Below, one piece after another: positions 25,527 through 25,645 of a stretch of 25,645 nt of DNA. Within the stretch, counting starts at the first letter, position 1. Each line of letters opens with the position of its first letter. Source of the DNA: a virus (lineage: Duplodnaviria; Caudoviricetes); the IMG/VR virus record IMGVR_UViG_3300049995_000030, positions 1 to 25,645 of that record. One strand, given 5' to 3'. Both the position numbers and the translations under genes were made by a program. The notes under the pieces were generated by a model. That model did no database searches. It was not told where the DNA came from and saw only the letters and a list, made by a program, of their open reading frames with translations.

Positions 25527-25645
25527 GTGGAGTTTTTACTTCCGATTCGTGGGAAAAGTCTGGGGATGCCCCAAGACAAGCAACCCCCTCTAACATCTGG
25601 TTACTTAAACAATGTCCGCCCAAGGGATGTTCTGGAAAACAGAGT
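25527..25645 (+). CDS. probable tail tubular/nozzle protein, 5' part only
   Basis: SD AAGGAG, GTG start, MEFLLPIRGKSLGMPQDKQPPLTSGYLNNVRPRDVLENR; the function is inferred from position. Confidence 0.5.
   Translation, partial: MEFLLPIRGKSLGMPQDKQPPLTSGYLNNVRPRDVLENR

Noticed and set aside
1-25645. Alternative genetic code (stop-codon reassignment)
   Set aside because: Long genes are intact under code 11; the two breaks are explained by an intron and a frameshift.
1-25645. tRNA, rRNA or integrase genes
   Set aside because: None recognised by eye; lifestyle cannot be determined from this window.

Overview
Fragment of an AT-rich tailed phage genome, probably podovirus-like, with two divergent arms separated by back-to-back sigma70 promoters at about 9650-9830. 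The left arm (minus strand) holds a family A DNA polymerase, many small ORFs, a SEC-C protein and an atypical short RecA lacking the catalytic Glu. It continues through a non-coding repeat and promoter region (about 3300-4200) into an early-type module: Zn-ribbon-repeat COOH-NH2 ligase, class II glutamine amidotransferase, YopX and an ImmA/IrrE-like HExxH peptidase. The right arm (plus strand) holds an HNH nuclease, a lipoprotein/membrane cluster, TerS, an endonuclease VII-type nuclease, TerL, portal, scaffold, major capsid, decoration, adaptor and tail genes. The clearest hidden system is a group I intron (19698-20350) that splits the major capsid gene and encodes a LAGLIDADG endonuclease overlapping the ribozyme core. 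The only GATC found by eye in the window lies inside that intron. A LamG-domain virion gene at the right end is split by a -1 frameshift. All calls come from reading the sequence; no searches were run.
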